Counted from the first letter of the stretch, positions 18,512 to 27,963 are shown. The stretch: 56,626 bases of DNA from an uncultured Bacteroides sp. (GCA_964369715.1 CAYJGV010000003.1:14416-71041); one strand, 5' to 3'. Made by a program: numbers and translations. The notes: a model not told the origin generated them from the sequence alone.

Positions 18512-19663
18512 ATGCAAAATATTCAAAGTAATATTGAGGGAATATTGCCAAAGTCTGAATCAGTGGCGGAAATTGGGCTTATTACAGTGCCAGGTGCAGA
18601 AGAGTTGACTAGTAAAATCAACTCACATTTACAAAAGTGGCCACATTGTTCTAAAATAGAAAAAGATAATTATATTGTTGAATCAGATTGCCCGAGGTTT
18701 TCTTCGGGTGATGCAAAAGGTATAATAAAATCGACAATTAGGGGAGACGACTTATATTTTATTTGTGATGTGGGCAATTACAGCTTAGAATATGATATTT
18801 TCGGAAGAAGAAACTCGATGTCTCCCGATGATCATTTTCAAAATCTAAAGCGTTTAATTCAGGCTGCAAGCGGAAAAGCATATAGAATAAATGTTATAAT
18901 GCCGCTTCTCTATGGAAGCAGGCAGCACAGGCGCAGTTATAGAGAAAGCCTTGATTGCGCAGTGGCACTTCAAGAACTGCAAACAATGGGTGTGGATAAT
19001 ATTGTAACTTTTGATGCACATGACCCAAGAATGCAAAGTGCTATTCCACTTATGGGCTTTGATAATATCATGCCTACGTATCAAGTTATGAAGACTTTAT
19101 TAAGAAATTTTTCTGATTTGGATATGAGTAAAGAAAAATTCATGGTAATTAGCCCCGATGAAGGTGCTATGAATAGAAATATGTATTATGCATCTGTTTT
19201 GGGTGTTAACCTTGGCATGTTCTATAAACGCAGAGATTATTCACGCATTATTAACGGTAGAAACCCTATTGTTGCGCATGAATATTTAGGCGAAAGTGTA
19301 GAAGGTAAAGATATATTTATCGCTGATGATATTATTTCTTCCGGTGAAAGCATGCTTGATATTGCATATGCACTAAAGAAAAAGAATGCAAAAAGAATTT
19401 TTGCAAATGCAACGTATGCAATTTTCACCAATGGTCTTGATACTTTTGATAAAGCTTATGCAGAAGGATTAATAACAGGCGTGTTTGGAACAAATTTAAC
19501 GTATAGAACACCCGAGCTTTTAAAACGTGAATGGTTCTATGAAGTAGATGTTTCAAAATATATCGCATATTATATTTATGCACTTAACCATGATATGTCT
19601 ATTGGTTCAATTCTTGACCCACATGTAAAAATAAAGGCAATTTTAGATAAATACAGGCAATAA
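18512..19663 (+). CDS. prs: Ribose-phosphate pyrophosphokinase (long clostridial type)
   Basis: RFSSGDAK, YGSRQHRR, TFDAH, ISPDEGA, ADDIISSGES; ATG at 18512 after GGAG SD (ORF track starts at 18500). Confidence 0.93.
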   Translation: MQNIQSNIEGILPKSESVAEIGLITVPGAEELTSKINSHLQKWPHCSKIEKDNYIVESDCPRFSSGDAKGIIKSTIRGDDLYFICDVGNYSLEYDIFGRRNSMSPDDHFQNLKRLIQAASGKAYRINVIMPLLYGSRQHRRSYRESLDCAVALQELQTMGVDNIVTFDAHDPRMQSAIPLMGFDNIMPTYQVMKTLLRNFSDLDMSKEKFMVISPDEGAMNRNMYYASVLGVNLGMFYKRRDYSRIINGRNPIVAHEYLGESVEGKDIFIADDIISSGESMLDIAYALKKKNAKRIFANATYAIFTNGLDTFDKAYAEGLITGVFGTNLTYRTPELLKREWFYEVDVSKYIAYYIYALNHDMSIGSILDPHVKIKAILDKYRQ

Positions 19664-19708
19664 ATTTACAAAGCAAAATTATTGTGTTTGATTTTTATAA
19701 ACTGAATA

Positions 19709-19750
19709 AAAATGGCGATGACAAACTGAGGTTTTGTCATCGCCGTTTTT
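19709..19750. terminator. Bidirectional intrinsic terminator between prs and a small convergent ORF
   Basis: AAAATGGCGATGACAAA...TTTGTCATCGCCGTTTT. Confidence 0.85.
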
Positions 19751-19776
19751 GTCATTACATTGACAGATTTTAAAAA

Positions 19777-19905
19777 TTAAAATAATTCGGTGTCTTCTTC
19801 GTTTTCGTCAAGATGTGGCCATATCTCTTCTTCGAAAATATTGCTGTCTGTTTGTTCATTTGCTAAGTCTTGATTGCTGTGTTTTTGTTCATTATAATCG
19901 TACAT
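19777..19905 (-). CDS. Unlisted 42-aa acidic small protein MYDYNEQKHSNQDLANEQTDSNIFEEEIWPHLDENEEDTELF
   Basis: Near-perfect SD AAGGAGGTG 7 nt before ATG; open for 42 codons to TAA; terminator just downstream. Confidence 0.7.
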   Translation of the reverse strand: MYDYNEQKHSNQDLANEQTDSNIFEEEIWPHLDENEEDTELF

Positions 19906-19973
19906 AAATATGCACCTCCTTTTGCATATTTTTCTCAATTTAAATGAAATTATTCATTTAAAATTAATTTTTA

Positions 19974-20002
19974 TTGACAAACATATCACAAAAATGTATA
20001 AT
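19974..20002 (+). promoter_or_regulatory. Consensus sigma-A promoter of tRNA-Pro
   Basis: TTGACA-N17-TATAAT. Confidence 0.9.
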
Positions 20003-20034
20003 ATTAATGTTGCAAACACAAATTGCAACATTGT

Positions 20035-20111
20035 CCGGGTGTAGCGCAGTTTGGTAGCGCGCTTGAATGGGGTTCAAGAGGCCGTGAGTTCGACTCTCGC
20101 CACTCGGACCA
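20035..20111 (+). tRNA. tRNA-Pro (anticodon GGG)
   Basis: Acceptor CCGGGTG/CACTCGG, discriminator A, encoded CCA; anticodon arm CTTGA-ATGGGGT-TCAAG; T-loop GTTCGACTC. Confidence 0.97.
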
Positions 20112-20115
20112 GCGT

Positions 20116-20154
20116 GATGCTGGATCCAATACTTTGGATTCAGTGTCTTTTTTT
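20116..20154 (+). terminator. Intrinsic terminator of tRNA gene
   Basis: GATGCTGGATCCAA/TTGGATTCAGTGTC stem with G-U pairs, followed by a T-run. Confidence 0.75.
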
Positions 20155-20232
20155 GTGCTTTTTTAGGTTTGGTGTTTGTATTTATAATATCTTTGCATAG
20201 ATAATACCAATATGTTTTATTTCATAAAGATT

Positions 20233-20268
20233 TCAGGCTATTACGAATTGCAATTCGTAATAGCCTGA
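20233..20268. repeat. Perfect 36-bp palindrome, probable terminator of the GGDEF genes
   Basis: TCAGGCTATTACGAATTG-CAATTCGTAATAGCCTGA, 30 bp past the stop at 20299. Confidence 0.75.
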
Positions 20269-20298
20269 TTTGTGTTATATTCAATTTTAATATAAAAG

Positions 20299-21507
20299 CT
20301 AAACCCTTGCACGCTGCCTGCTTTTTTTGAAGCTATACATTCTTTCATCAGCTTGTTTTATAATGCTTTGTACGCTTTCTTGAGAATTTTTTGAAACATT
20401 TACAATACCGTAACTAATTGAAGTGTCATAGCTTTTTTTTAACACATGCTTTATGTCTTCTACTCTTTCAAAAGTTTGGATGCTTTTTTTTGTAGCCATA
20501 AAAGCGTCGTCACAATCTCCGACTATTAAAAATTCATCTCCACCAATTCTGGATATAACATCACCTTCGAAAACATCGCCTAAAATATCCGTAACACTTT
20601 TTATATAAAAATCACCTTCAGAATGCCCATGGACGTCATTAACTTTTTTTAGGCCATCCATGTCGATGAAAATTACAAAAAAGGAAAGCTTGTTTAAAAG
20701 GTGTTGTTCAATTGTTTGCTCTGCTATTTCACGTATTTTAAATCCAGACATAGCATCTTCGGTAGAGCGCAAAACAATGTCTTCAACTTCCTTTTGCTCG
20801 CTTTTTAACTTATCATTAATTGCATGGAAGTTAACTACATGTAATTTTAATTTTGCAAAAATATAAGAATAGGATATTGTTAAAATATAGCCGATTAACG
20901 CTATAAAACCGGAAAGAAGATAAAAATAAATAAAAGCGACATTGGTTGTTTTTGCACCAATTAGAATTGCTAAACTGAAAACATATGCAACGAAAACTGC
21001 AAATAAGCCATTGGCGAAATTCAAATTAGCTTTATCAGAAAAAAGCATGTCAAAATATTTTGTATGTGTGTATTTATTAACTAAAACGATGTGTGGAATT
21101 GAAATGAGCAAAGAAATTATCCAAACGAGGCCATTATAAAATTCGTTTTCAAAAACTGCATATAATTGTTGTTCAAAAATCAAAGCAACAGTAGAACTTG
21201 TAATCATTCTAACAGAAAATAGACAAAGTGTAAAATATAAGACTCCGAATAATAAAACTCTAAAATCTTGCTCGCATAAAAATTTAAATTCAATTATATA
21301 AAGTATTATATAAACTATAATTATAAGTGCTTCTACTTGCCACAATAATAAAAATTCAAATAATACAAATGCCATAAAACCATTTGCAATGCTTGTGATG
21401 AGTATAAATTTATTTATGTTTTTTGTATAACCGAATATTCTAGCAGTATACTTAGATAACATAATATTATATATAATCATTGCTAAACTGACAAAAAATT
21501 TCATCAT
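20299..21507 (-). CDS. Membrane-bound diguanylate cyclase (multi-TM + GGDEF), no RxxD I-site
   Basis: FIDMDGLKKVNDVHGHSEGD, SRIGGDEF, ADERMY; about 7 hydrophobic N-terminal segments. Confidence 0.92.
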   Translation of the reverse strand: MMKFFVSLAMIIYNIMLSKYTARIFGYTKNINKFILITSIANGFMAFVLFEFLLLWQVEALIIIVYIILYIIEFKFLCEQDFRVLLFGVLYFTLCLFSVRMITSSTVALIFEQQLYAVFENEFYNGLVWIISLLISIPHIVLVNKYTHTKYFDMLFSDKANLNFANGLFAVFVAYVFSLAILIGAKTTNVAFIYFYLLSGFIALIGYILTISYSYIFAKLKLHVVNFHAINDKLKSEQKEVEDIVLRSTEDAMSGFKIREIAEQTIEQHLLNKLSFFVIFIDMDGLKKVNDVHGHSEGDFYIKSVTDILGDVFEGDVISRIGGDEFLIVGDCDDAFMATKKSIQTFERVEDIKHVLKKSYDTSISYGIVNVSKNSQESVQSIIKQADERMYSFKKSRQRARV

Positions 21508-22730
21508 TTAAAGCCACCTCCATTGAGGTAAAATTTTCTTTTAATTTCAAGCATTTTTCTATCCGCTAAATCTAAAACCAAATCAGCTCCTTGTATGCGT
21601 AAATTATTGTCTACAAATATTGAACCTATACTTGCAGATACAGGGAAAGGTTCGATATTATTTTTTATTTCTATTTGTGTATATATTCTTTTTACAACAG
21701 TATCAATATCGTTTGATGATATTTGTTTTAAAACAATAACAAACTCGTCACCACCGAACCTTGCAGCAATGTCAATGTCTCTTTTCGCATTATTAATTGC
21801 ATCGGCCACACTGGTAATTAGAATATCACCGCTTTCGTGGCTGTAGTTATCATTAACATATTTTAAACCGTTTATATCAATGAATAATATACCAAAATCC
21901 ACAGTACCTTTACATAATGCTTCGATTGTTTCGTGGCCAAATTGCTTGTTATAAAGCCCTGTTAAACTGTCTTTTGTTGCTTTTTCAAGAGCTTTTTCTT
22001 TTTCTTTTAATACCTCATCATAAACAATTTGGGCTTTGTCGCTTTGTCTTTTATACATTGTCATGTTTACAAAATTAATTGCATATAAAAATGTGTAATA
22101 AAAAATTGCTAAATAAAAAACAGGTGTAATTATCCCAATAATTAATTGTTCTTGGAATAATTCGTTTGTGAATAATAAATAGTTAACTAATGTCACAAGG
22201 GATATTTCAATTGTTGCAAAAATTGAAATCATTAGTGAATAATTTTTGGCATCAGAAATTCGAATTATATAAGTTAATGGAATGAATTTTTTAATTATAA
22301 TTAAGATGATTATCAATACTATACATGTAAATAATAAGCAAAATATTCGCATGTTTATATCATTTAATACCTGAATAGGGGGTATTTCATATATGTGTGC
22401 AATAATAATTACTGTGGTGAAATGTACGATTGCTATATGTAGTACAAAAATGCTTGTTCCAAATAAAACTTGTTTGAACGAAGTTTGTGTTATTAATTTA
22501 CACTCTAACATTAGAACCAATAAACATGTAAAATAAAACATGAATGAATTATTAGAAAAGCTTGTGCTGAACAAGAATATTGTTCCAAAAACATTGATGA
22601 TTGAAAAACTAATATGAATGAGTCTATTTTTTGAACAATTGTATAAAACTTTTGATGCATAATCAAATATCATTAAATTATACACAAAATATGTCAAACA
22701 TGCCATTGCTTGAATTTCTATATCTGTCAA
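21504..22730 (-). CDS. Membrane-bound diguanylate cyclase (multi-TM + GGDEF) with RxxD I-site
   Basis: DSLTGLYN, FIDINGLKYVND, RDID-IAARF-GGDEF; TTG start with GGAG SD. Confidence 0.92.
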   Translation of the reverse strand: MTDIEIQAMACLTYFVYNLMIFDYASKVLYNCSKNRLIHISFSIINVFGTIFLFSTSFSNNSFMFYFTCLLVLMLECKLITQTSFKQVLFGTSIFVLHIAIVHFTTVIIIAHIYEIPPIQVLNDINMRIFCLLFTCIVLIIILIIIKKFIPLTYIIRISDAKNYSLMISIFATIEISLVTLVNYLLFTNELFQEQLIIGIITPVFYLAIFYYTFLYAINFVNMTMYKRQSDKAQIVYDEVLKEKEKALEKATKDSLTGLYNKQFGHETIEALCKGTVDFGILFIDINGLKYVNDNYSHESGDILITSVADAINNAKRDIDIAARFGGDEFVIVLKQISSNDIDTVVKRIYTQIEIKNNIEPFPVSASIGSIFVDNNLRIQGADLVLDLADRKMLEIKRKFYLNGGGFK

Positions 22731-22768
22731 AAAATCAACTCCAATCTATTATATTATATGCTGAAAAA

Positions 22769-24424
22769 TTATTTGTTTTTTGGCATTAAATGTTTGTTTA
22801 AAGCCATTTTTAAGTCTTCTTTAGTAAGGCTTCTTATCGCTCTTTTCATTGATGGAATACTTGCAGGCAACATACAAAGCTCTTTAACTTGTAAGGCTGC
22901 ATAAAAATCTGCAAAAGAGACATCGCCCGCGCTTAGCCCCGTTATACTTAAGTTTTTATCACCGCTTTTACCAAGCAGGTGCATAATTTGGGCAACACAA
23001 CGCAATAATGCATAATTATGCACTTTTTCAAAACCGACAAAATTGTTTGCTAAATTACCACTTGCAAATAAACTGTCACTTAGCGCATTTATGTCTATAC
23101 TTATAAAATCAGCAGCATGATAAATAATATCGGCAATTAGTGCGGAATAAGGGTTTGTGATAATTGTTCCGACTTTTATATTTGTGCTGATGATTCTGTT
23201 TTCTTTTTTTAATTGCTCTCGTAAAATATTTATATCGTTTTTGAATTCATGTATTACATCGGCATTTGTAATGTCAGATAAAGTTATTGAAAGTGAACCA
23301 TAAGCTGATGCCCTTAGTAGTGCTCGTAGATTTGTATTATACATACGGCTTTCAAATGAGGACGTTTCATCAACAAATTTATAGCTTTGAGTGTCTGCGC
23401 ATGGATATAATAAAACATTCACGGCTTTTCGGCCCATAAGCAAAAGTATATCTCTGTATGCGTTATAAATTTTATCTTCATCAAAAACGTCAATTTCTTG
23501 CATGCTAAAAAGCACATCCGGTATTAATAAACCTATGCTGTCAGCATCTTTGTCAAGGGCTTGCCTTACATCTCCAATTTGAGAAACAGCTGCCAAAATT
23601 TTAATATTGTTGCCTGTTACAGTACTTGCAGGAACACCTTTTAACATGCCGACTCCACGCTGTGTTCTACTATATACTAAATGTTTTTGTGCAAGAATTG
23701 TCTTGGTTGCGGAATCAGGCTCCTGTATAATTTTGCCTGCTTGTCCATCAACCATAGTGCGCAAATTTGCTTTCAGCTCATTGTATTCGTCGTTGAATAT
23801 AACACAAGGAATACTTGAACTGCATGTAAAAATAGTGTGAGCATGTTTAATTTGGTTTTCATTTATTATAATTGCACAAATTTTGTCTTTAGTTTTAATA
23901 AGTGTATTTATCGAAATAGGTGAATTGATATATACAATAATTCTGTTTTGAAAACTTAAACACGACTGTATAAATTCATCTTCCGATATATTTTGAATAA
24001 TCGTTTTATAAATACTATTTATCTTTTCACAATTAAATTTTAAAAATTCATCAATATTGGTTCTTAATTTTAATGTATAAGTTTCACACGCTGTTTTTAA
24101 AGCGTATTGTATACAATGGTTTTTTTCAATTACAATTTCTTTTGCTGTTTTTAAAAATTCCTCATCTGTAAGCATAGCTTTTTGGGCACTTAAAATTTTA
24201 AAGTGATTGTTAATATAATCTAAATGCAGTAATTTTTTTTCGGTATAATAATTTAATTTATTTTCTATATTGTCACATGCTATTTTTATATTATTTTCAA
24301 GTTGAGTAAATGCGTCATTTGCATTTTCGATATTTGTTGCATTTGGCTCAAGCGAGTATTCGAAGCGGTATAAAAGACCATCACCAATACCAACACTTAC
24401 GCTTTCTGCTTGCAAATTAAGCAT
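22769..24424 (-). CDS. Degenerate PTS Enzyme I (PtsI)-like protein
   Basis: EI-like layout: VSVGIGDG, ILSAQKAMLTDEEF, HAHTIF..SIPCV, MVDGQAG, ADSIGL, LRALLRASAYG, ADFISID; PEP-site residues replaced; start at ATG 24424 or GTG 24433. Confidence 0.8.
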   Translation of the reverse strand: MLNLQAESVSVGIGDGLLYRFEYSLEPNATNIENANDAFTQLENNIKIACDNIENKLNYYTEKKLLHLDYINNHFKILSAQKAMLTDEEFLKTAKEIVIEKNHCIQYALKTACETYTLKLRTNIDEFLKFNCEKINSIYKTIIQNISEDEFIQSCLSFQNRIIVYINSPISINTLIKTKDKICAIIINENQIKHAHTIFTCSSSIPCVIFNDEYNELKANLRTMVDGQAGKIIQEPDSATKTILAQKHLVYSRTQRGVGMLKGVPASTVTGNNIKILAAVSQIGDVRQALDKDADSIGLLIPDVLFSMQEIDVFDEDKIYNAYRDILLLMGRKAVNVLLYPCADTQSYKFVDETSSFESRMYNTNLRALLRASAYGSLSITLSDITNADVIHEFKNDINILREQLKKENRIISTNIKVGTIITNPYSALIADIIYHAADFISIDINALSDSLFASGNLANNFVGFEKVHNYALLRCVAQIMHLLGKSGDKNLSITGLSAGDVSFADFYAALQVKELCMLPASIPSMKRAIRSLTKEDLKMALNKHLMPKNK

Positions 24425-24481
24425 TTTTAACACACCTTTCTAAAAATAACAATAAAATAGACAATTAACAATAATAGAATA

Positions 24482-25381
24482 TTATTCGTATAAATTTTTA
24501 CCACTAATGATACACGCTACACGTTTAATTTTGCTTTGTTCTTTCATTAATTGTGCTGCAGCACAAAGAGCGGCACCGCCGCTAACACAGGCGGGGACAG
24601 CGTCTGTAAGTAAAACATCTGTGCTTGTTTTTATAGCGTTTTCGCTAGGCACAGCCATAACAGCGTCCACAATATATTGATTATAGTTTTCGGGAACAAA
24701 GCCTGCGCCAAGCCCCGGGATTTTATGCTTGCTTATGGCTTTTTTTCCGATCGCTTGGCTTTCGTACGGCTCGACAGCAATGATTCTAACATCGGGCACC
24801 CATGCTTTGGCATATTCACCTACACCTGTGATTGTGCCACCGCTTCCAACGCCGATTACAATTGCATCAAGCTCATTTCCTGTTGCTCTTAAAAGAGATG
24901 GACCCGTAATTCTCCTATGAAACTCTGCGTTAAAGTCATTATCGAAATAATTTACAAAATATGCATTTTCTTCTTTTGAAATTTGCCTTGCACGTTCAAT
25001 AAGTAAATCTCGGTTGCTCATATAATTTAAAAGCACAACTTTTGCGCCCAAATTAGTGAAAACTTGTTGCCGTTCAATAGGAACACCGGCAGGCATACAT
25101 AAAATTAATGGATGATTTGAATAATTACATGCAATTGCAAGCGCAACTGCAAAGCTTCCGCTTGAAGCTTCAAGCACAGATTGTCCGGCTTGTAAATGGC
25201 CTTTTTCTGTTGCCAGTGCCAAAATGCCTTGCGCCAGTGCATCTTTTGATGAGCTTGTTGCGCCACCATATGCCAAATAAGCAAATATTTCACCATCTAT
25301 TTTTTCTTTTTTACAAAAGCCCGAAAGGGATACAACCGGCCTTGAGTAAAGGGTTTCATAATAACTTTTTGATATGGGCAT
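24482..25381 (-). CDS. Divergent cysteine synthase-like (fold type II PLP) protein
   Basis: SSKDA (PLP Lys position), EASSGSFA, GVGSGGTITG, AVEP, HKIPGLGAGFVP; GAGGAG SD. Confidence 0.85.
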   Translation of the reverse strand: MPISKSYYETLYSRPVVSLSGFCKKEKIDGEIFAYLAYGGATSSSKDALAQGILALATEKGHLQAGQSVLEASSGSFAVALAIACNYSNHPLILCMPAGVPIERQQVFTNLGAKVVLLNYMSNRDLLIERARQISKEENAYFVNYFDNDFNAEFHRRITGPSLLRATGNELDAIVIGVGSGGTITGVGEYAKAWVPDVRIIAVEPYESQAIGKKAISKHKIPGLGAGFVPENYNQYIVDAVMAVPSENAIKTSTDVLLTDAVPACVSGGAALCAAAQLMKEQSKIKRVACIISGKNLYE

Positions 25382-25526
25382 GTTAATTCACTCCTCGTAA
25401 TATTACATAAACATTACATTTTTAATATATAATAAAATATTTATATTTTATTATACAATAAAATGGAAAAAAATGCACGCACTTTTTGATGAAAAAAACA
25501 AAAAAAGTATAATTATTGTAATTTAC

Positions 25527-25597
25527 TGTAAAGTACTTGACTTTACACATGTTTTGTGATTTAATATTAAAAGCGATGTAAAGTCAATCACTTTACA
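25527..25597 (+). promoter_or_regulatory. ylxM promoter with two palindromic operators TGTAAAGT-N5-ACTTTACA
   Basis: Sites at 25527-25547 and 25577-25597; TTGACT (25537-25542)-N17-TTTAAT with extended TG. Confidence 0.7.
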
Positions 25598-25625
25598 AAC
25601 TTTATGTGCAGGAGGTGGAAAAACT

Positions 25626-25991
25626 ATGGAAAAAGATTTTAATATCTCTTATTTGCTCGATTTTTACGGCGATGCACTTACACAAAAGCAAAAAGAAGTT
25701 ATGGAACAATATTACAACAACGATTTATCTCTTGCAGAAATAGCATCAAATTGTGGAATTACAAGACAAGGTGTAAGAGATGCAATTAAAAGGGGCGAAA
25801 GTGTTGTAATTGAGCTTGAAGATAAAATAGGGTTTGCAAAAAAACACCGTGTAATTCAAGATAATATGGAACGATTGGAACAACTTGCAAAAAACATTCA
25901 TTTTATAAACGAGGGTGGTTTTTCCAAAAACCAGGAGATTTCTCTTGCTACAAAAGAAATGCTTAAAATAATAAATGAATTGTCAGAATAA
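25626..25991 (+). CDS. ylxM: YlxM (UPF0122) HTH protein
   Basis: LLDFYG.LT.KQ, DLSLAEIA, ITRQGVRDAIKR; directly upstream of ffh. Confidence 0.93.
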   Translation: MEKDFNISYLLDFYGDALTQKQKEVMEQYYNNDLSLAEIASNCGITRQGVRDAIKRGESVVIELEDKIGFAKKHRVIQDNMERLEQLAKNIHFINEGGFSKNQEISLATKEMLKIINELSE

Positions 25992-26012
25992 ATATAAAAA
26001 GGCAGGGCTATT

Positions 26013-27377
26013 ATGGCTTTTGAATCATTATCAGATAAACTTAATGCCGCGTTTAAACGCCTTAAAGGAAAGGGCAAATTAAACGAGCAAGATATTAAAG
26101 ACGCAATGCGTGAAGTTAGAATTGCGCTTTTAGAAGCAGACGTTAACTTTAAAGTTGCAAAAGAATTTGTTGCAAATGTAAGCGAGCAGTGCATGGGCGC
26201 AGAGGTTATGCAAAGTTTAACCCCGGCACAGCAAGTTGTAAAAATTGTAAATGATTCTTTAACAGAGTTAATGGGTGGAAAAGAGCCTGTGCATGTCAAT
26301 ATAAAAAGTAAACCACCGACAATTATTATGATGTGTGGTTTGCAGGGTGCAGGTAAAACAACACATGCGGCAAAAATTGCAAAATATTTTATAAAACAAG
26401 GGCATAGTCCGCTTTTAGCGGCTTGTGATATTTATCGCCCGGCTGCTATTGACCAATTAAAAATTGTTGGTTCGCAAGCGGGAGCGCCTGTTTTCAGTTT
26501 AGAGGGACAAAAGCCCGAAAAAATTGCAAAAGAAGCAGTAAATTATGCAAAAGATCACGGCAATGATATTGTAATTCTGGATACAGCTGGCCGTTTGCAT
26601 GTTGATGAAGAATTGATGCAAGAGCTTGCTAGAATTAAAGAGCAAGTTGAAGTTGATGAAACATTGCTTGTTATAGATTCAATGGCAGGACAAGACGCTG
26701 TTAATGTTGCAAAAACTTTTGGAGAGCTTACAGGCCTTGACGGTGTTGTGCTTACAAAGCTTGATGGCGACACAAGAGGCGGTTCGGCACTAAGCGTTAG
26801 AACTGTTACAGGTAAGCCGATTAAATTTGCAGGTGTAGGCGAAAAGCTTGACGATTTAGAGTTGTTTTATCCCGACAGAATGGCGAGCAGAATTTTGGGC
26901 ATGGGCGATGTGCTTACATTAATTGAAAAAGCACAAGACGCACAAGACGAACAAGAAGCCGAAGAAACCATGCGTCGAATGATGGAAAATAAGTTCAATA
27001 TGAACGATATGCTTTCACAATTCGAACAGATTAATAAAATGGGCGGTGCAGGTGCACTTGTTTCTATGATACCGGGAGCTGCCGGAAAAGTTGATGATGA
27101 TGCGTTGCAGCAAAGTGAAAAAGAATTTGCGCGTTTAAAAGCAATTATACAAAGTATGACAGCAAAAGAAAGAGACAGGCCTGCTTTAATCGACCCAAAA
27201 CGTAAGCGTAGAATTGCAGCCGGAAGTGGAACAAGAGTTGAAGATGTCAACAGGTTGCTAAAGCAATTTGAACAAATGAGCAAAATGATGAAGAAATTTA
27301 AAAGAAACCCAAAAGGTTTCGAAAGACAGCTTGGAAAAATGGGCATAAAAGGCTCGGCATTTCAAGATATGTTTTAA
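26013..27377 (+). CDS. ffh: Signal recognition particle protein
   Basis: [42 protein letters not shown]. Confidence 0.99.
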   Translation: MAFESLSDKLNAAFKRLKGKGKLNEQDIKDAMREVRIALLEADVNFKVAKEFVANVSEQCMGAEVMQSLTPAQQVVKIVNDSLTELMGGKEPVHVNIKSKPPTIIMMCGLQGAGKTTHAAKIAKYFIKQGHSPLLAACDIYRPAAIDQLKIVGSQAGAPVFSLEGQKPEKIAKEAVNYAKDHGNDIVILDTAGRLHVDEELMQELARIKEQVEVDETLLVIDSMAGQDAVNVAKTFGELTGLDGVVLTKLDGDTRGGSALSVRTVTGKPIKFAGVGEKLDDLELFYPDRMASRILGMGDVLTLIEKAQDAQDEQEAEETMRRMMENKFNMNDMLSQFEQINKMGGAGALVSMIPGAAGKVDDDALQQSEKEFARLKAIIQSMTAKERDRPALIDPKRKRRIAAGSGTRVEDVNRLLKQFEQMSKMMKKFKRNPKGFERQLGKMGIKGSAFQDMF

Positions 27378-27463
27378 ACAGCATTTACAGGAAAACAGTA
27401 CCTGTTGATGATATATTAAGGGAGAAACATCCCGCTTTTTATAATAATTGGAGGTTATTTATT

Positions 27464-27706
27464 ATGGCAGTTAAAATCAGATTGCGCCGTATGGGCGCTA
27501 AAAAAGCACCTTTTTACCGTGTGGTAGTTGCAGATTCTCGTTTCCCAAGAGACGGACGTTTCATTGAGGAAATTGGTTATTATGACCCAACAAAAGAGCC
27601 AGCAGTGGTTAAAATCGACGGCGAAAAAGTAAAAAAATGGATTGCTACAGGTGCACAACCAACAGACACAGTGCGTAAATTGCTTAAGAAAAACGATATT
27701 CTATAA
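27464..27706 (+). CDS. rpsP: 30S ribosomal protein S16
   Basis: [26 protein letters not shown]. Confidence 0.99.
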   Translation: MAVKIRLRRMGAKKAPFYRVVVADSRFPRDGRFIEEIGYYDPTKEPAVVKIDGEKVKKWIATGAQPTDTVRKLLKKNDIL

Positions 27707-27729
27707 GCTGAATAGGGAGGTTTTTCACT

Positions 27730-27963
27730 ATGCAGGAACTGTTACTGGCGCTTGCACGTGGCCTTGTTGAAGATAAAGATGCTGTTGAAGTTACAGTAGA
27801 TGCACCTAATGAAGAAAACATTGTGGTATATCATTTACATGTAGCTGAAACAGACATGGGCCGTGTTATAGGCAAGCAAGGCAGAATTGCAAAAGCGATT
27901 AGAGTTGTTATGCGCGCAGCTGGCGTGCGTGAGGGCACGAAAATAGTGGTGGATATCGATTGA
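27730..27963 (+). CDS. khpA: KH-domain RNA-binding protein
   Basis: DMGRVIGKQGRIAKAIR; follows rpsP. Confidence 0.93.
   Translation: MQELLLALARGLVEDKDAVEVTVDAPNEENIVVYHLHVAETDMGRVIGKQGRIAKAIRVVMRAAGVREGTKIVVDID

Noticed and set aside
20035..22730. Integrative island at tRNA-Pro
   Set aside because: Neighbouring genes are AT-rich, but no integrase and no duplicated tRNA 3' end was noticed in the window
22769..24424. ptsI pseudogene
   Set aside because: Full-length open frame without stops or frameshifts; treated as a diverged protein
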